Shown: positions 29,101 to 37,800 of the stretch, piece after piece
Layout of the letters: each line of letters starts with the position of its first letter
How positions within the stretch are numbered: position 1 is the first letter of the stretch
NCBI GenBank assembly: GCA_038046765.1
Contig: JBBSVN010000001.1
Location: 13,293 to 77,292, forward strand
Reading direction: 5' to 3'
Length of the DNA stretch: 64,000 bases
Origin: Candidatus Micrarchaeota archaeon
GTDB taxonomy: Archaea > Micrarchaeota > Micrarchaeia > Anstonellales > Bilamarchaeaceae
Notes under the pieces: model-generated
The model's database searches: none
Told to the model about the DNA's origin: nothing
What the model saw: the letters and a program-made list of their open reading frames with translations, nothing else
Translations under genes and position numbers: made by a program

Positions 29101-29832
29101 ATGCAACAACCACTTTATCTTCTTGATAGTTACGCAAAAGATTTGGAAACTTCGGTTAAAGAAATAATTGAAAAAGACGGCAAGCATTTTGTTGTTCTAG
29201 ATGATACTGTATTTTACGCACGCGGAGGAGGACAACCATCGGATACCGGAAAGATTATCAGATTAAGCGATAACAGCGAATTTAATGTTGTTTCCGTTAC
29301 AAAATTCGAAGGTAAAATCTTACATGAAGTAAGTGGACAAGACGCAAAACTCGAAACAGGAAACAGGATCAAATGCATTATTGACTGGCCTAGGAGATAT
29401 CGCTTAATGCGCATCCATACTGCTACACATATTCTAGCTGCAATCATGCATAAAGAATAAGGAGTTCTAATTTCGGGTAACGAACTAGGCGAAGATAAAG
29501 CTCGAGTTGATTTTAACCTGCAAGACGCGAACAGCGAAAAAATCCAAAATTATATAAACAAAACAAATGAAGCGATTAAACGAAATCTAGAGGTAACAAT
29601 GACTTTTATGCCTCGGGAAGACGCATTGAAGTTACCGGGCGCAGTAAAATTAATGGGTGCGCTTCCACCAGACATCCAGACATTGCGAATCGTACAAATT
29701 GGAGACGTCGATTTGCAGGCAGATGGTGGAACGCATGTTAAAAACACGAGCGAGATTGGAGAAATCGAACTAATTAGAATTGATAATAAGGGTAAGGATA
29801 ATCGACGGGTTTACTTTAAGTTGAAAGATTAA
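29101..29832 (+). pseudogene. alaX: AlaX-type alanyl-tRNA editing protein interrupted by one in-frame TAA
   Basis: Track ORFs 29086-29460 and 29599-29832 are in the same frame. The stretch 29461-29598 is also open. The only stop is TAA at 29458-29460. N-part has GGGQPSDTG and HTATHIL (HxxxH). C-part has DGGTHVKNTSEIG, with Asp where CxxxH is expected. Confidence 0.7.
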
Positions 29833-29841
29833 CTGCAAAGG

Positions 29842-29888
29842 GTAGTGCCTAAGTTTTTATAAAGATATGGATTTTTCTTAGGCACTAC
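29842..29888. terminator. 12-bp perfect hairpin between convergent genes, T5 tracts in the loop
   Basis: GTAGTGCCTAAG (29842-29853) pairs with CTTAGGCACTAC (29877-29888). The loop is tttttataaagatatggattttt. Confidence 0.45.
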
Positions 29889-30014
29889 AAAATTTAGAAA
29901 ATAATTAGTTATCCTTTTGCACAGTAAAACTCATCATCTGTCCAGAATTAGAAACGTTACTTATCGAGTCTGGAGTCTGTAATAAATTTTGCTAAAAACT
30001 TCTAAAAAATGAGT

Positions 30015-31016
30015 TTATTGTACAACACATCTTCCAGCGCTACAATAGCTATTTGGTGAAGTACTTGAACATGGTAGTGTAATACTTTTTACTTCATTAC
30101 CATCACAGTAGTATTCAAGTACCTTTGTCGAATCAACACAAGTATCATAATTGTAAACTATTGACGCATTGTAAAGAATAGGGTGAACGTTAACATATCC
30201 TGATACTTCTCTTGTTATCCCATCACTATCTTTACAAGAAACATCGCTTCTACAAGCTCCATTTTGGCAAGGACAATTTATCTGTTCGGTTGCTTGCATA
30301 TTCCCATTGCAATAATATTGGGTTAGTGTTGTTTCGTTTGAGCATGTATCCGTATAAATTCCTGGAAGTCCGTCTCCAAAGTCTACTTTTACAGAACCCT
30401 TAAGCGTAGTATTCCTAGTTGTATCATTATTAGTACAAATTTGTTGGAATTTATTACACGCTCCATTACTACAATAGTAGCCGGATGGACATTCGTAAAC
30501 TGATGAGTCTATTTTGTTGCCTACACAAGAATACTCTCGAACATTCTTTGTTGAAGTGCAGATATCAGAATAATTTTGACCTCCATAGATAACCGTTCCA
30601 GGGGTATTTACGTTTCCTCCATTATCACTATCTGTACAATCATTTGTAGTAGTTAGAATGCATTTTCCTAAAAAGCAACTGTATCTATTAGGGCATAAAA
30701 TCGCTTCTTTTTGTAATTGTCCATCTTGACAATAATATTCATCAACAGTATTGGTATCAACACAACTTTCTGATACATATTTATCATTTACAAATGCGTC
30801 TGCTGCAACATATATGTTTTTACCATCACTATCATTACAAACCGAAGTTGGATTTTTTATCTGATCTGTTATTGACGGTTTTGTTTGTGTTTCTTTAGTA
30901 GGAGTTGAATTTTGTACCTCTGTTTGATTTGTTGGAGTAACTACTTCTTTATAAGCGCTAGTACAACCAAAAATAACCAAAATCGCCGCGAGTAATAAGA
31001 TCGTAAAAATTTTCAT
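30015..31016 (-). CDS. secreted lipobox protein made of four tandem Cys-rich repeats of about 65 aa
   Basis: Signal plus IFGC. Four units of pattern C.DSDGG...G.V......Y.D.C......V.EY.C.G......CP..C..G.C. Confidence 0.7.
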   Translation of the reverse strand: MKIFTILLLAAILVIFGCTSAYKEVVTPTNQTEVQNSTPTKETQTKPSITDQIKNPTSVCNDSDGKNIYVAADAFVNDKYVSESCVDTNTVDEYYCQDGQLQKEAILCPNRYSCFLGKCILTTTNDCTDSDNGGNVNTPGTVIYGGQNYSDICTSTKNVREYSCVGNKIDSSVYECPSGYYCSNGACNKFQQICTNNDTTRNTTLKGSVKVDFGDGLPGIYTDTCSNETTLTQYYCNGNMQATEQINCPCQNGACRSDVSCKDSDGITREVSGYVNVHPILYNASIVYNYDTCVDSTKVLEYYCDGNEVKSITLPCSSTSPNSYCSAGRCVVQ

Positions 31017-31142
31017 AAGATACCTTTTAACGTAAATTATTAAAAATACCCCTTAATCTGGGAATTTGCTTTAATACCTTTGTAGTAATATATATTAGAC
31101 TAAGAAAAGAATATTAACAACCGATTTTAAGAGGTAGATAAA

Positions 31143-31739
31143 ATGCAGTTTAAAGATATTGTAATGAACAGATATGCTACAAAATTGTTTGACGGGAAAG
31201 AACTACCAGAAGAAAAAGTACATGAACTGTTGGAATTAATCAGATTCTCAGCCTCATCTTTCAATATTCAGCCTTGGAAAATAAAAATAATAAAAGATAA
31301 AGAAACTAAGGAAGCTTTATTTGGTGCATCATATAATCAACCTCAGGTAACTAGTTGTTCGCATTTATTAGTTTTTTGTGCTGATACAAATATAATGCCG
31401 TTAATTGATAAACTCGAAAAACACCTCAAGGGTGCTATGTCTCCAGATAAATTAAAGCCATACATGGAAATGATGCGCGGATTTGCTGGAAGTATGAACG
31501 AGCAACAAACACTATCTTGGTCACAAAGACAAGTTTATTTAGCTCTAGGTAATGCATTAAATGGTGCTAAATCTTTAGGATTTGACTCCTGCCCTATGGA
31601 AGGATTTAGTCCTGCTGAATACTCAAAAGTACTTAAGCTTCCAGGAAATATCGTACCGGCTGCAATTTGTGCAATAGGTCATGCCGCAGATAAAGCGCAT
31701 CCAAAAATGAGATTTTCTAAGGAGGAAATTTTAATTTAA
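31143..31739 (+). CDS. NAD(P)H nitroreductase family protein
   Basis: RYATKLFDGKELPEEKVHELLELIRFSASSFNIQPWKIKII is the canonical nitroreductase N-terminus. Confidence 0.85.
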   Translation: MQFKDIVMNRYATKLFDGKELPEEKVHELLELIRFSASSFNIQPWKIKIIKDKETKEALFGASYNQPQVTSCSHLLVFCADTNIMPLIDKLEKHLKGAMSPDKLKPYMEMMRGFAGSMNEQQTLSWSQRQVYLALGNALNGAKSLGFDSCPMEGFSPAEYSKVLKLPGNIVPAAICAIGHAADKAHPKMRFSKEEILI

Positions 31740-31845
31740 CTTTTTTCTTTTTTATTTGTTTTTAATTTTTCTCCAAGTTTTTGTATCTTTTAGAAACTTA
31801 CACCTTTCACTACTATTTATAAATATTTCCTAGCTAATTATAATT

Positions 31846-32130
31846 ATGCAAGTTCAATTAAATGTACCTGGTGCGAAAAATATTCCTGCTCGTGCCTTTG
31901 CTTCTAAAGCTCCACTTATGGGTGATAAAATTAAGGCGAATTCTCTAGTTATCCCTCTTAGTCCAGAGGTTATTGAGAGCGAATTAGGTCGACTAAGACG
32001 AGAGCAAAAACTTCCTGTAAGTATCCCAATTTATCAACCAGAAATGCCTGCAAATGTTCCAGATAAACCAAATTCTGCTCCCAAAGAAGAAGAACAAAAA
32101 CGTGGAGTTGTAATAATTTCTATTTTTTAA
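31846..32130 (+). CDS. hypothetical protein (94 aa)
   Basis: ORF only. Confidence 0.35.
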   Translation: MQVQLNVPGAKNIPARAFASKAPLMGDKIKANSLVIPLSPEVIESELGRLRREQKLPVSIPIYQPEMPANVPDKPNSAPKEEEQKRGVVIISIF

Positions 32131-32178
32131 TTTTCTTTCGGTTTTCTTCTTTTTTCGATTCTATTTTAAACAAACTAA

Positions 32179-33141
32179 CTAGTAAAAACTATGTAATCTT
32201 ATGTTTAAATCGTGCGAATCGCTCGCAACAAAATGCCCTGTTCTTACAGTTTCCACACTTCTACTTAGTTCGGGGGTTACTAATGCTAAAGATTCTTTAA
32301 TTTCCTTTGCTCCAACTAATAAATCGTCTTCTCCGCAAACGCAAAGAAACCTTTTAGGTAATTCAAATACTCTTAATTTTAAAAGTTCAAATAGATCTTC
32401 TGCTTGCTTGAACATTGTTGATAAAACCATTGTAGTTACTTCTGGGCTAGATCTTTTCAAATCTGCTAAAAATGAATCAAATGATTCAACTGCTTTATCT
32501 CCTGTCGCGATATTTCGAGCGATTAATGGACTAAATAATTCAAAAACTGCTCTTGTTAGCATAAATGATTTATATGCTGATCGATTAAGTTCTTGCGAAT
32601 AGGCTGCGTTCTGGTCTAAATTGTACATAGTATTAAATCCTGCTAAAAGTGAACGCGTAAGTAACGAAACACAAGGTAAATTTGTATAAGGAAGGGTTCT
32701 TCTTACATCTCTTATGATTGGTGCAGCTAAAACAATACTCTCTGCTTGAATCATTTTTTGATTTTGTTGCGAAAGCCTAGCATAGTTTATTGCTACTAGT
32801 CCGCCCCAGCTATGGCCTAATAAGTGTAACCTTCTAATCCCTAGTTCTTTGCATAAATTTGCGATTGCTCGAGTCGAATCATCAAGAATTGTTGCTGCAG
32901 TTGATTCTCCTAATGCGGATAATCCATGACCTGGCAAATCTATCACGACTAAAGGTTTTCCCATACTACAAATCGGTTCGACTTGTCCTAAGAAATCTTT
33001 GTGTGTTCGACCTAAACCGTGTATTGCGACTACTGCCTCTGCATTAGTATTCAATCTACCAAAAGTTTTATAGTGAATCAGGGATTTATTGCCTGCTGGT
33101 GTTTTACCTAAAGTTAACTGGCTCATCAGTATATAATGCAT
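32179..33141 (-). CDS. alpha/beta-fold hydrolase
   Basis: HG oxyanion segment VAIHGLGRT and nucleophile elbow LLGHSWGG. Confidence 0.8.
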   Translation of the reverse strand: MHYILMSQLTLGKTPAGNKSLIHYKTFGRLNTNAEAVVAIHGLGRTHKDFLGQVEPICSMGKPLVVIDLPGHGLSALGESTAATILDDSTRAIANLCKELGIRRLHLLGHSWGGLVAINYARLSQQNQKMIQAESIVLAAPIIRDVRRTLPYTNLPCVSLLTRSLLAGFNTMYNLDQNAAYSQELNRSAYKSFMLTRAVFELFSPLIARNIATGDKAVESFDSFLADLKRSSPEVTTMVLSTMFKQAEDLFELLKLRVFELPKRFLCVCGEDDLLVGAKEIKESLALVTPELSRSVETVRTGHFVASDSHDLNIRLHSFY

Positions 33142-33248
33142 AACACTCTTTTTAAATGTTGCTAAAAATGGGATATTTTGATATTTAACTTATATCTCAT
33201 TAACGTTTTCCAATAATTTCTTTAAACGTACTAGATACATTAACTACT

Positions 33249-33313
33249 AGGTGCATGCATAATGGCTACTTGAGCTTTTAGCAATGACAAATTAGCTGAA
33301 CAGGCATGCACCT
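33249..33313. other. about 65-nt element closed by a 10-bp perfect inverted repeat (possible small RNA or terminator)
   Basis: AGGTGCATGC (33249-33258) pairs with GCATGCACCT (33304-33313). Lies in a 180-bp spacer between two minus-strand genes. Confidence 0.35.
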
Positions 33314-33321
33314 TCTTATTT

Positions 33322-34203
33322 TTAATTTTGTTTGGAGGGTGCAACAAATGAAGTAACATTTACACCTGCATTCATTAATAGTTCAATTAGCCTAGTTGTT
33401 TTTTCCGAGTCTTCTTCTAACGGATGGGTAAATCCAAATTCTCCTTCTTCCCCCTCAATTTTGTAAACAATGTGCAACTGGTGAAGCAAATCCACGTTTT
33501 CATTAAATGCTTTCATTGTTTTATAATACGTAAATGGTTCGTTAATACCAAGCATTACCTGGATATATTTATTATCAATTATTGATGCATCTTTACGGAT
33601 TAGTTCTTCAAAATTAATTTTTGATTCTGCTAAAAATCTAAGGTTCTTAAGAATTATGTTGCATTCTAATTCCAAGTCCAATCCTCTTAGGTGCTCCTCA
33701 GTTAATGTTTTTACTCTACCAAATTCTCCGTCCGTATATTCCCATCCCTTTTTCTCAAACTCCCGTAAAAGTGCCTTAACTGTAGATTTTTTTCTATAAA
33801 TAGGAGTCTCGCTAAGTGCTTGATCTAATCGTATTGCCAGAAACTTCAATTCATCTGTTAATGTTATTGATGAAAATTTTTTTGTAGTATAAAGCGCAAT
33901 TTTTGGTTTTATTTTTTCTCGAAATCTTAAAAAAGTAGGATTAGTATCATCTTCTATAGCTGCCCACAAAACCATTCTCATTTCGCTAAGTCTAGTTAGA
34001 AGTTCGAGCGTTTTCTTTGCCTGCCTTAGTTTTTTGTTTTCAAGTTCAACAAGTTCTATTTCTCCGCTTTCCAACTTTGTTCTATCTCCAAGCCTAGTTC
34101 CTTCTACAAAAATTCTTACGTGTTTTTTACCCTTACTTAATGCTTCTTTTGCAGGAATAAAGATGTCTACTTCTTTAGGTACAACCATCAATGTCCTTGT
34201 CAT
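33322..34203 (-). CDS. hypothetical protein (293 aa)
   Basis: Long ORF ending 13 nt after the pcn stop region, i.e. directly downstream of PCNA on the same strand. No motif assigned. Confidence 0.55.
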   Translation of the reverse strand: MTRTLMVVPKEVDIFIPAKEALSKGKKHVRIFVEGTRLGDRTKLESGEIELVELENKKLRQAKKTLELLTRLSEMRMVLWAAIEDDTNPTFLRFREKIKPKIALYTTKKFSSITLTDELKFLAIRLDQALSETPIYRKKSTVKALLREFEKKGWEYTDGEFGRVKTLTEEHLRGLDLELECNIILKNLRFLAESKINFEELIRKDASIIDNKYIQVMLGINEPFTYYKTMKAFNENVDLLHQLHIVYKIEGEEGEFGFTHPLEEDSEKTTRLIELLMNAGVNVTSFVAPSKQN

Positions 34204-34216
34204 TATCTAGAACCCG

Positions 34217-34957
34217 TTACTCGCTCTCAATTCTTGGAGCTAGATAATAGACAACCTTTGCCTTTTCTATGTCATATTCTACCTTAAGTGGCCTGTCTGT
34301 TTCTAGGTTTATTGTAACTGGAGAAGATCCGCTAGCTGCCTTTACAATATCCTCTAAATACTGCAAAGGGAAAGTTGCTTTTGTCTGAACGGCTGTTTGT
34401 ATTTCGCTTACTTCGTCCCCTTTTTCAAACTCTGCTCTTACATCCCCGCCTTCGCCTTTCACATCTACAATAAATGCATTAGGTTCTAAAATAAGTCTTA
34501 CGTGTGAGCTTACTAATTTTGCATCTTTTAAAGCTTCTTTTAATGCATCTGCGTTTATTCTAGCGTAATTTGCATAATCAATTTTAAGTTCCTTGGATAA
34601 TCCAGAACCAATGTCAAGAATCGGTACTTTAAACGTTCTTTTTCTTTTATCTGTGAAAAACTTCACGACTAATCTTCCTTCTTCGAGGGTTAGTTCTGCT
34701 TTTTCTCCTTTTTTACCTCGAGCTAGGATGTTTACAAATTGTGAAATATCAAGTCCAAGTTTTGTTTCTTCTTCTACTGAGTATTCGACAAATGCACTTT
34801 TTGGCATTGTAAATGAGACCATGCTTATCTGGCTTGGGTCCATTGCCTTTAATTGTAGTCCGTCTTTTTTTACCTCAAAAACTCCTTCTTCAACTAAGCT
34901 TGCTATTGAATCTATTGCTGATTTAAGAGATGGTGCTTCTTGTATAACTAGCTTCAT
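34217..34957 (-). CDS. pcn: DNA polymerase sliding clamp PCNA
   Basis: 246 aa. LKSAIDSIASLVEEGVFEVKKDGLQLKAMDPSQISMVSF and a C-terminal YYLAPRIE pattern. Confidence 0.9.
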   Translation of the reverse strand: MKLVIQEAPSLKSAIDSIASLVEEGVFEVKKDGLQLKAMDPSQISMVSFTMPKSAFVEYSVEEETKLGLDISQFVNILARGKKGEKAELTLEEGRLVVKFFTDKRKRTFKVPILDIGSGLSKELKIDYANYARINADALKEALKDAKLVSSHVRLILEPNAFIVDVKGEGGDVRAEFEKGDEVSEIQTAVQTKATFPLQYLEDIVKAASGSSPVTINLETDRPLKVEYDIEKAKVVYYLAPRIESE

Positions 34958-35151
34958 AAAATTCGCCTCCGTGTCGTGTAATTTTTATATGCTTCTTATG
35001 TTCTTTTTTCTAAATCTCCCATTATATATAAGTAGTATAAATAAAAAAAGCTTTGTATTTACTGCTTCTCGAGTTTAATTTCCTTGCATTTCCAGTACTG
35101 TTCGTTCTTTTGAACAAAGAAAATAAAAACATCAAATACATTTAAATTTTC

Positions 35152-35772
35152 ATGCAGAAAGCAATGGCTGAGTTTATTGGTATTTTACTTGGTGATGGGT
35201 CTATAGGTATTTACAAATCCAAAATTAAGAATAAAATAAAAACGTTGTACCGAATAAAAATTACTCTCAATTCAAAAGATGACCTGGATTATTCTGAATA
35301 TGTTCGTAACCTTATAAAAAAATTATTTAAATTAGAAACCATAGTCAAAAAAAGAAAAGATGAAAATGCCTTAGATATATTTATTTTCAAGAAAGAAATT
35401 ATTATTCTTTTGTTAAACTTAGGGATGGAATTAGCTCCTAAATGGAATCGGGCAAAGGTGCCAAGATACTTCCTAGCAAAAAATTTAATTTCAGATGTTC
35501 TTAGAGGATATGTAGATACAGATGGTTGTATTAAACTTGCTCAAAATAATGGGACCTTGTACCCTCGAATAGAAATGAAAATTTCTCCAGCACCAATGCA
35601 AAAGCAATTAATTGATGGTTTATTTGAATTAGGGTTTGAACCAAAAATTTATCAAATAGGTAAGGGAAAGGTAAGCGTATCCTTGCATGGAAAACGTAAT
35701 CTTAAAATGTGGGGCGAGAAAATTGGTTTTTCCAACCGAAAAAATATTCTTAGATATAATAAGTTTAATTAA
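35152..35772 (+). CDS. free-standing double-motif LAGLIDADG homing endonuclease
   Basis: First motif FIGILLGDGSIG and second motif LRGYVDTDGCIK, about 100 aa apart. No flanking extein or host ORF. Confidence 0.8.
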   Translation: MQKAMAEFIGILLGDGSIGIYKSKIKNKIKTLYRIKITLNSKDDLDYSEYVRNLIKKLFKLETIVKKRKDENALDIFIFKKEIIILLLNLGMELAPKWNRAKVPRYFLAKNLISDVLRGYVDTDGCIKLAQNNGTLYPRIEMKISPAPMQKQLIDGLFELGFEPKIYQIGKGKVSVSLHGKRNLKMWGEKIGFSNRKNILRYNKFN

Positions 35773-35783
35773 AATAAAAAATC

Positions 35784-35822
35784 CAACAAAAAGCACAAGA
35801 GCGTTTGTTATCTTTTTTGTTG
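35784..35822. terminator. hairpin between the endonuclease gene and the tRNA 3' end
   Basis: CAACAAAAA (35784-35792) pairs with TTTTTGTTG (35814-35822). T-runs on both strands. The tRNA discriminator is followed by TTTTTTG on the minus strand. Confidence 0.45.
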
Positions 35823-35832
35823 AAACAAAAAA

Positions 35833-35987
35833 TAGCGGGAAGTGGAATACCAACCATAAACCAAAGCTGTGGTTTAAAATTTTTGAACCAATGATCTCCG
35901 GGTTATGAGCTTCGCCTCGAAATTTTTATACTATAAGAAATATAAAAATTAAGATCCGGCGGGTACTCCAGGCTACCCTATCCCGCT
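35833..35987 (-). tRNA. initiator tRNA-Met (CAT) with two predicted non-canonical introns
   Basis: Minus strand reads AGCGGGA TA GGGT AGCCTGGAGT ACCC G CCGG [45 nt] G CTCATAA CCCGG AGATC ATTGG TTCAAA [35 nt] T CCACT TCCCGCT A. Perfect 7-bp acceptor with A1:U72. Three G:C pairs close the anticodon stem (initiator features). One T.C mismatch in the T stem. The mature length would be 74 nt plus discriminator. Confidence 0.6.
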
Positions 35988-36013
35988 ATTCGTAGAATAA
36001 AGATGTGTCTAAC

Positions 36014-36027
36014 TATTTATAAATATA
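36014..36027 (-). promoter_or_regulatory. TATA-box-like element upstream of the tRNA
   Basis: tatttataaatata, with palindromic TTTATAAA at 36016-36023, i.e. about 29-36 nt upstream of tRNA position 1. Confidence 0.4.
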
Positions 36028-36038
36028 GATGACTCGTT

Positions 36039-36797
36039 TTAGCCGCTACTTTGATTTATCGTTATGTTTCCGCCAACGTTGACCACTGCGCTTGTATTTG
36101 CGCTACTATTAACTGATACGTTTGCTTGCGGGAGGGTATAACTTTTTGGATAAAATTTAACTGTACTTACAAATTGCTTAGCAGTTGCATCAGCCATATC
36201 TGGGTTAGTAGAATAAATCCGAACTCCATACAATGCCTGATTTTCCGCTGGGACTATACTCATTGCTATTCCGAAATACTTTACATTTTTTCTTAATGCA
36301 ATAAATTTCATGAACGCGCCCTTTGCTGTGCCTACATTTATTGCAGAAATATCGCTCATATTAGTTGCAAAATGCAATATTCCTAAAGGATCAGTTTCTG
36401 CTTCCGCCTCGCTTTGAAGGTTTGTCCCTGCAAAATCATAAGGATCTATCTGGCTTACGTTCTCTAAATTTCCTGTGTAAAAGTAAGTTACTAAAAGATA
36501 GGTATCATCTGGGCCGCTAAATAATACCGAAGCGTAACCATTACTACTATTATATCCATTTAATCTTTCTTCCCAGTCAAAATTTGCTGGATACTGGAAT
36601 GTAAATAATAATTTGCTATAATTTTTAGTTTCGTTAAACGTTATCTCGTTTTGCGTTATCGGAGGAGTAACTGTACTGTTAAATGGAGGTATCTTGGTGG
36701 TATTTTGGTCGCTTGATTTTCCTAATAATTGTAAGCACCCGCTTAATAATAATGAAATAATTAAAATTCCTATAAAAATTCTACTTACCTGTTTCAT
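36039..36797 (-). CDS. secreted lipobox protein, unknown function
   Basis: Signal plus LLSGC lipobox. Confidence 0.6.
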   Translation of the reverse strand: MKQVSRIFIGILIISLLLSGCLQLLGKSSDQNTTKIPPFNSTVTPPITQNEITFNETKNYSKLLFTFQYPANFDWEERLNGYNSSNGYASVLFSGPDDTYLLVTYFYTGNLENVSQIDPYDFAGTNLQSEAEAETDPLGILHFATNMSDISAINVGTAKGAFMKFIALRKNVKYFGIAMSIVPAENQALYGVRIYSTNPDMADATAKQFVSTVKFYPKSYTLPQANVSVNSSANTSAVVNVGGNITINQSSG

Positions 36798-36815
36798 AGT
36801 TTTGCCTCATCTATC

Positions 36816-37712
36816 TTATTTTGTTAAAATTCTTACGCCATTTTCTTCTACAAGTATAGTGTGTTCAAACTGTGCCACAAGTCCGCCCCCTGTTTCTTTT
36901 AAGACTGGGTATCCTCGAACTACCTGCATTGAAAGTAATTCTTTTAGTGCTGATGTGACAAGAAGTTTTGAAGAAAATTCTTTTCTTACCCATCGCTCTG
37001 CAAATGGTAGTGTTGTGTAATTATCTTTTACAAAATTAAGTATTTGCCTGGATTGCCTCATTCTGACGGGGTTATCCGACACAATGCTAAATATTTCTAC
37101 CTGTTCGGCATCTTCAACATATCCTTTGCCATTTGTAGTAAATGGCTCTATTGCAAATATTTCGCCTTCCTTTAACTTGTACTTTTCACCGGTTTTTACA
37201 TTTGGTATGTTGACTCCGGCGTGTAAATCTCCAGTTGATATGCTATGCCCGCTTAGGTTTGAAATTGGTTTAACCCCAAAGCTTCGAATTTTTTCCTCTA
37301 TTATTTCGCCAATTTGCCCGTTTGTTACTCCTGCTTTTGCGAATTTTAGCGCAGCATCTAAGGCCTCGCGTGAAGCGTTAATCAAATTTTCGTTTTTGCC
37401 GCTTAAATCTATTGTGTAAGCAGTATCTCCTATTGCGCCATCAACCGATACTCCAATATCAATTTTTACCATGTCGTTTTCATCAAGGGCTAGAGTACAA
37501 TCAAATTCTGGTGTGTAATGCGCTGCGATGTTGTTTATACTTATATTAACAGGAAATCCTGGTTTAGCCCCTTCTTCAAGAATCATTGATTCGATGTTCT
37601 CAGCTATTTCGAGTAAAGGTTCGCCCACCATTATTAGTTTTTTACTATCTTCGCGTATTTTGCCTGCTATTTTTCCAGCTTGTATAAAGTTTTCTAGTTC
37701 GGTGCTATCCAT
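36816..37712 (-). CDS. map: methionine aminopeptidase, type 2 (archaeal)
   Basis: 298 aa. NIAAHYTP, DIGVSVDGAIGDTA, SGHSI and FAIEPF metal-ligand segments. Confidence 0.9.
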   Translation of the reverse strand: MDSTELENFIQAGKIAGKIREDSKKLIMVGEPLLEIAENIESMILEEGAKPGFPVNISINNIAAHYTPEFDCTLALDENDMVKIDIGVSVDGAIGDTAYTIDLSGKNENLINASREALDAALKFAKAGVTNGQIGEIIEEKIRSFGVKPISNLSGHSISTGDLHAGVNIPNVKTGEKYKLKEGEIFAIEPFTTNGKGYVEDAEQVEIFSIVSDNPVRMRQSRQILNFVKDNYTTLPFAERWVRKEFSSKLLVTSALKELLSMQVVRGYPVLKETGGGLVAQFEHTILVEENGVRILTK

Positions 37713-37800
37713 AAAAATACCTGTTAGTAATAAGCTAAGGTTTTATTTAAAATACTGCTTTTACTATCTATTTAAATACTTGTTCTACCACAACATAGGT

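Noticed and set aside
29458-29460. Genome-wide reassignment of TAA as a sense codon.
   Set aside because: Most well-supported genes in the window terminate at TAA at the expected protein length. Only alaX is affected.
33249-33313. C/D-box sRNA interpretation of the stem-closed element.
   Set aside because: There is a CTGA, but no convincing RUGAUGA C box or C'/D' arrangement.
35152-35772. LAGLIDADG ORF as an intein or as an intron-encoded protein of the neighbouring tRNA.
   Set aside because: There is no in-frame host protein on either side. The tRNA is on the opposite strand, and its predicted introns (45 and 35 nt) do not contain the ORF.
37528-37800. N-terminal 91 aa of track ORF 37528-38283.
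   Set aside because: It is antisense to the well-supported map gene. A clean ATG with a signal-anchor sequence occurs at 37801.
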